Source: the human T2T-CHM13v2.0 reference genome, Homo sapiens. Taken from it: a stretch of DNA of 64,000 nt. Shown here piece after piece: positions 59,527 to 64,000 of this stretch. The notes beneath the pieces are model-generated. The model was not told where the DNA came from. It saw nothing but the letters and a program-made list of their open reading frames with translations, and did no database searches. The stretch lies in assembly GCF_009914755.1 (NCBI RefSeq), contig NC_060947.1, one strand, 5' to 3'. The position numbers and the translations under genes are program-made. Each line of letters begins with the position of its first letter. Within the stretch, counting starts at the first letter, position 1.

Positions 59527-60614
59527 AAAATTTAAAAAAAAATAAAAACATTTAAAAGAACAGTAAAATCACAGGTGAATGAACTAACATTAAGCATCTA
59601 GATGTAATCAAAATCACCTGTAATCAAAATTACAGGTGATTTTACTGCTCTTTTTAATATATTTTTGAATTTTCCACATTCTCTGCTACAATAGTGTGTA
59701 TCTTTGTAATTATAAAAAGGTATTAAAATGCATAGAAAAAGGAATCTACACTAAAATGTTAATAGCAATTTTCCTCAAATAGTAGGATTATGGTATGAGT
59801 TTTATGTTATGGTTTCCATATTTTTACAATTTTGTAGAGTGACATGTACTAACTTTATAGCTACAAACTAAAACTTGATTAAGCAAAACTGGACTATCAC
59901 ATGAAGTAGCAAAGACTAAGGTGAACAAGCATATATTATTTAAATGAGTCTGTTGTACTGCCACAGAGCTTTGCAATACTTTTAGGCCCTATCTCCACTC
60001 CTTATGGTTTGGGTCAGGTCACTTAACTCGTGTGTGCTTTAGGGAATCAATAATTACTGCGTGCTTCTAATGGATACTGTGATGGTAAATGTGATAGCAT
60101 TGGTGAAAGGCTTTGAACTCAGGAAAGAAAGATATACAGCAAGTGGTAATGGGTATTTTAATTATCTACCATGTAATGTTTCTGTTAGATTATCCCCAGC
60201 AATCTCACCCATTCTCATTTCTTTTCTTATCATCTCTCTACAGACGACTCCCAAATTTCTATCTACCCCTCTCCACCACACAAGTAACACTTCTCTCTAA
60301 ATCCCCCTTCTTCTGACCTATTCTTCCTGTTCTCTGGATCCTTTTTCCTCCATCTTTTGCTCATACCACAAATATTTTCATATCAACTTAAATTGATTAT
60401 TAATGAATCATGAACTTGATTAACCAGTTTCTCTTAAATCAATAAAAGTTTGTTTAATTAACTTGGATATGAAGTTTATAGAACTATTTTAAAATTATTG
60501 TTCTTTGGCTCCTGCTAGGTATAACTACCTATATAAATTTCATGTGTTAGAAAACATTCAAATAGAAATATAATCTTCCCTTTCACCCCATGAGGTCAGT
60601 GCCCAAAGCTATGA

Positions 60615-60770
60615 GTTCAGGAGTCCCTGCCAGAGGCCTGGGGAGCTGGATTTCATCTTGGTCCCATCACCAACACATAGTATGATTTGGGGTAAATCAC
60701 ATTCCCTTTCTGGGCCCATTTCCTCACCTTTAAGATGAAGGAAGCAGGTTGGATTGTCTCAAAGGTCTGA
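60615..60770 (+). mobile_element. MIR-family fragment
   Basis: tatgatttggggtaaatcacattccctttctgggcccatttcctcacctttaagatgaagg. Confidence 0.55.
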
Positions 60771-61361
60771 ATGATAAAAGCATCTCAACAAATGGAGAAC
60801 TGGGAAGCACCAACATACAAATGAGCTGCCTCTACTATATCCTTGCCTACAATGACATCAGGCACAAATCTCACCATATGACAATATAATTGGAATGACA
60901 CAGGACAGCTGAGGAGCACACACCCCAAGCCAGCAAATAACCTTTTACTGGCAAGTACAGTCCACTAAGCCTTTTGACAATTATTCCTGAACAATAAAGC
61001 TGTCAGCCCTTGTTTTAAAAAGTACTTATAGATAAAGGGATAAAAGGGGGAAGGAGGAGCTAGTCATGTTATAAGAGTGGGTTAGCAGAGCTGGGGAGAT
61101 ATTTTAATCTGCCAGACAATGTTCTGAGATGGTGTGGTAAGTGGGAGATCAGGTTGTGATCAGGATGAATGGATATCCAGGTACACAGGGCATGACATAT
61201 GTCAGAGTTTAATAAGTGGAACAATGGGAAACTCAGGAAAGGGGGGCTGCTAAAGGAGTGTCTTGCCATTATCTGGAGAAATTTCCGAACTATCACTAAT
61301 ATTCCCTACACTTACATCAAATAGACACTCTTGTCTTTCCACCTTCTCCTATAACCACCCT

Positions 61362-61420
61362 TAAGGTCACTACTAAAACATAGGGCACTATTGTGCAAAT
61401 TAGGAAAAGGCGTCCCCGCT
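61362..61420 (-). mobile_element. MER91-like hAT-Tip100 fragment
   Basis: ttgtgcaaattaggaaaaggcgtcccc resembles recalled MER91 terminus. Confidence 0.5.
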
Positions 61421-61925
61421 GGTGCTAAAAGGTCCCCACTCTGGGCCATCCAGCTAGAAAAGAGATGGAGGGATTGTCAAAGGTACTTTCTGTGGCTGGA
61501 GTAATAAGAAAAACAGCTTGTCTAGCAGTATCCTGGCTGGATTTCAGCTCCCACCTGGATGCCTTCACCCTGCCCTGGCATCTACCATATCTACCATATT
61601 CTGGCACTCTCATATATCTCTCTCTCCTGCCCCAGCATTAGTCTGGGGTCAGATTAATTTCTGACTGCAGATTAATTTCTGCCACTCTTGCATTTACCTG
61701 CCCCACCTCCATCACTGCTCCAATTATACTAGACACTACTGTCAGTCATCATTGCACTTTGGATTGGGACCAGATTCATCTTAATGAAAAGGATATCATT
61801 TTAGAAGACAGAAACCAGAATGAGTCTCATTTGGTTTGGGTTGGGGGGTGGGGAATCATATTTTCAAAAGAAAGTTCCATGTAACATTTTGTCCTATGAA
61901 TACTTCTTAGAAAAATAACTGTCTG

Positions 61926-62247
<322 letters not shown>

Positions 62248-62893
62248 CTAATAAGTTTAGCAAACCCTATATATTATCTGTCTCAGAGATTAAAATCACA
62301 CAGTAGTGAATTAAGGCTCTGTCTGACCCACCAGTTCCCAAATGTGTTAACCATGGAATCCTACCCAGAAGCCCTCATCCTCTATTCAAGGCTCCATTTC
62401 TAGGAACTTTCCCAACCATACAGGGGTGCTGAGCCAGTCTTCCTGGAGAGGACTTCCTAAGGCAGAGCTATTAGGACCTGAGGGAAGGATTCCTGGAGTG
62501 AAGCAATTCCAGACTAAAATTCCCAGGCTTGGGGTCTCCCTGGGAATTCCCTCAGAAGGCCCATATTTGCACCTGGGAAGAAAAAACAACTGTTGCCTAG
62601 GAAATCTGCTCTTCAGGGACCCCAGGGCCCACTTTAGCTGTGTGTGGGTAGGGAGAGATGAAGGCGAAAGTTCCAGCTGCTATAGATGGTGGTGAATGAC
62701 TTACACAAACAAGGACGAGTCTGGGCAGGTTTCAGGTTTCTGACAAAGAGAAAATTTTGAGAGACATTTACAGATACTCTCCGCATTCATCACACAAATC
62801 TATGTCAGGATTTTGAGTTTGCAAAGCATCATCAGTATCATCTCATTGGAGCCTTGGCAATTCTGTGAGTTAAGAAGGGGAAGTAAATACTTA

Positions 62894-63302
62894 TGTGTGT
62901 TAGTCTGTTTGTACTATTATAAAGGCTGAGTAATTTGTGAAGAAAAGAGGTTTATTTGGATAGTGGTTCTGCAGGCTGTACAAGAAGCATGGTATCAGCA
63001 TCGGCTTCTGCAAGGGGACTTGGGCTGCTTCCACCCACAGTGGAAGGTGAAGGGGAGGAGAGATCACATGGCAAGAGCAGAATCGAGAGAGGAGGAGGGT
63101 GGTGCCACGCTCTTTTTAGCAATCAGTTCTGGAAACTAACAGAATGAAACTCACTCATTATCTTGAGGACAGCACCAAGCCTGTTCATGAGGGATCCTTC
63201 CCCATGGCCCAAACACCTCTCACCAGGCCCAACTCTAACACGGGATCAGATTTCAACATGAGACTTGGCAGGGACCAAACAAATCATATCCAAACCGCTG
63301 CA
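62894..63302 (-). mobile_element. MST-family solo LTR
   Basis: gttagtctgtttg...ggttctgcaggctgtacaagaagcatgg...tttcaacatgaga...atatccaaacc. Confidence 0.87.
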
Positions 63303-63599
63303 TCGTAGGATATGTGAATCACTGAGGCTTTCGTTCATGTGTTATCATAGCAAATACTTTAAATCCTCATAACAACCCTGTTAAGTGCCATTATTAGTAC
63401 CGTTTTTTTCCCCCAGATTTTGAAACTGAGGCTCAGTATTCCCACTTCGAAACACTCACTGGGCTAAGGTAAGAATACAAAGGGGAATCAGGCAGAAAAA
63501 AAAATCCTTTCCTCAAAGTATTCACAGCCCTCTTGAGGGAGAACAAAACTGAACAGCACTCGGGGAACACCGAGTGAAAAACTATGACCACTAAAAACT

Positions 63600-63850
63600 T
63601 GTTAACAGTTAGCATTTAATGAGTGCTTACGTCCAGGCTCTGTGCTAAGTGCTTTGAATGCATTATATTATTTAATCCTAATAACATTTCTATGAGGAAG
63701 ACTCTATCATTATTCTCATTCTAAAAATGAATAAACTAAGCCTGAGACAGATGAACTGATTACTCTAGAGCTGATCAGCTAGGAGAGAGTGGAGCTATGA
63801 TTCTAACTCAAATCTCTTTGACAGTAGATCTGTTGTTAATTACAAAGTTC
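63600..63850 (-). mobile_element. MIR SINE
   Basis: gagtgcttac..ccaggctctgtgctaagtgcttt...atttaatcct..taac. Confidence 0.7.
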
Positions 63851-63944
63851 ACTGTAGAAGGTCCTATGGAATCAATGGTGAGGAGTATCTCAACCATCAT
63901 CATATTCTAGCACATATGGTAAGTCATCTTTTAAAAAATTGATT

Positions 63945-64000
63945 GGCCAGGCACGGTGGCTCATGCCTGTAATCCTAGCACTTTCAGAGGCTGAGGCAGG
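63945..64000 (+). mobile_element. Alu 5' end (cut by window edge)
   Basis: ggccaggcacggtggctcatgcctgtaatcctagcacttt. Confidence 0.92.

Overview
This is primate (very probably human) non-coding genomic DNA. It is AT-rich and CpG-depleted, with no CpG island and no recognisable protein-coding gene. Roughly half of it is interspersed repeats: about 23 Alus, nested old L1s at 26-35 kb, MaLR/ERVL solo LTRs, MIR/L2 relics and DNA-transposon MITEs. It most likely lies inside a large intron, possibly of a minus-strand gene, but I cannot name that gene. The standout unexplained structure is a long inverted repeat of unique sequence (arms 17993-18760 and 20444-21204, spacer about 1.68 kb). Its outer 693 bp differ at only 3 positions with no indels, its inner ~75 bp are clearly diverged, and each arm carries a tandem ATGCAAAT octamer cluster. 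Secondary findings are a complex templated-insertion scar at an L1 5' junction (59.55-59.66 kb), a small hairpin/tandem scar at 22.0 kb, an L1-in-L1 nest, a three-monomer Alu facing an inverted Alu, and a candidate in-frame 156-nt minus-strand exon. Repeat family names come from recalled consensus sequences and were assigned by eye, so boundaries of old elements are approximate.
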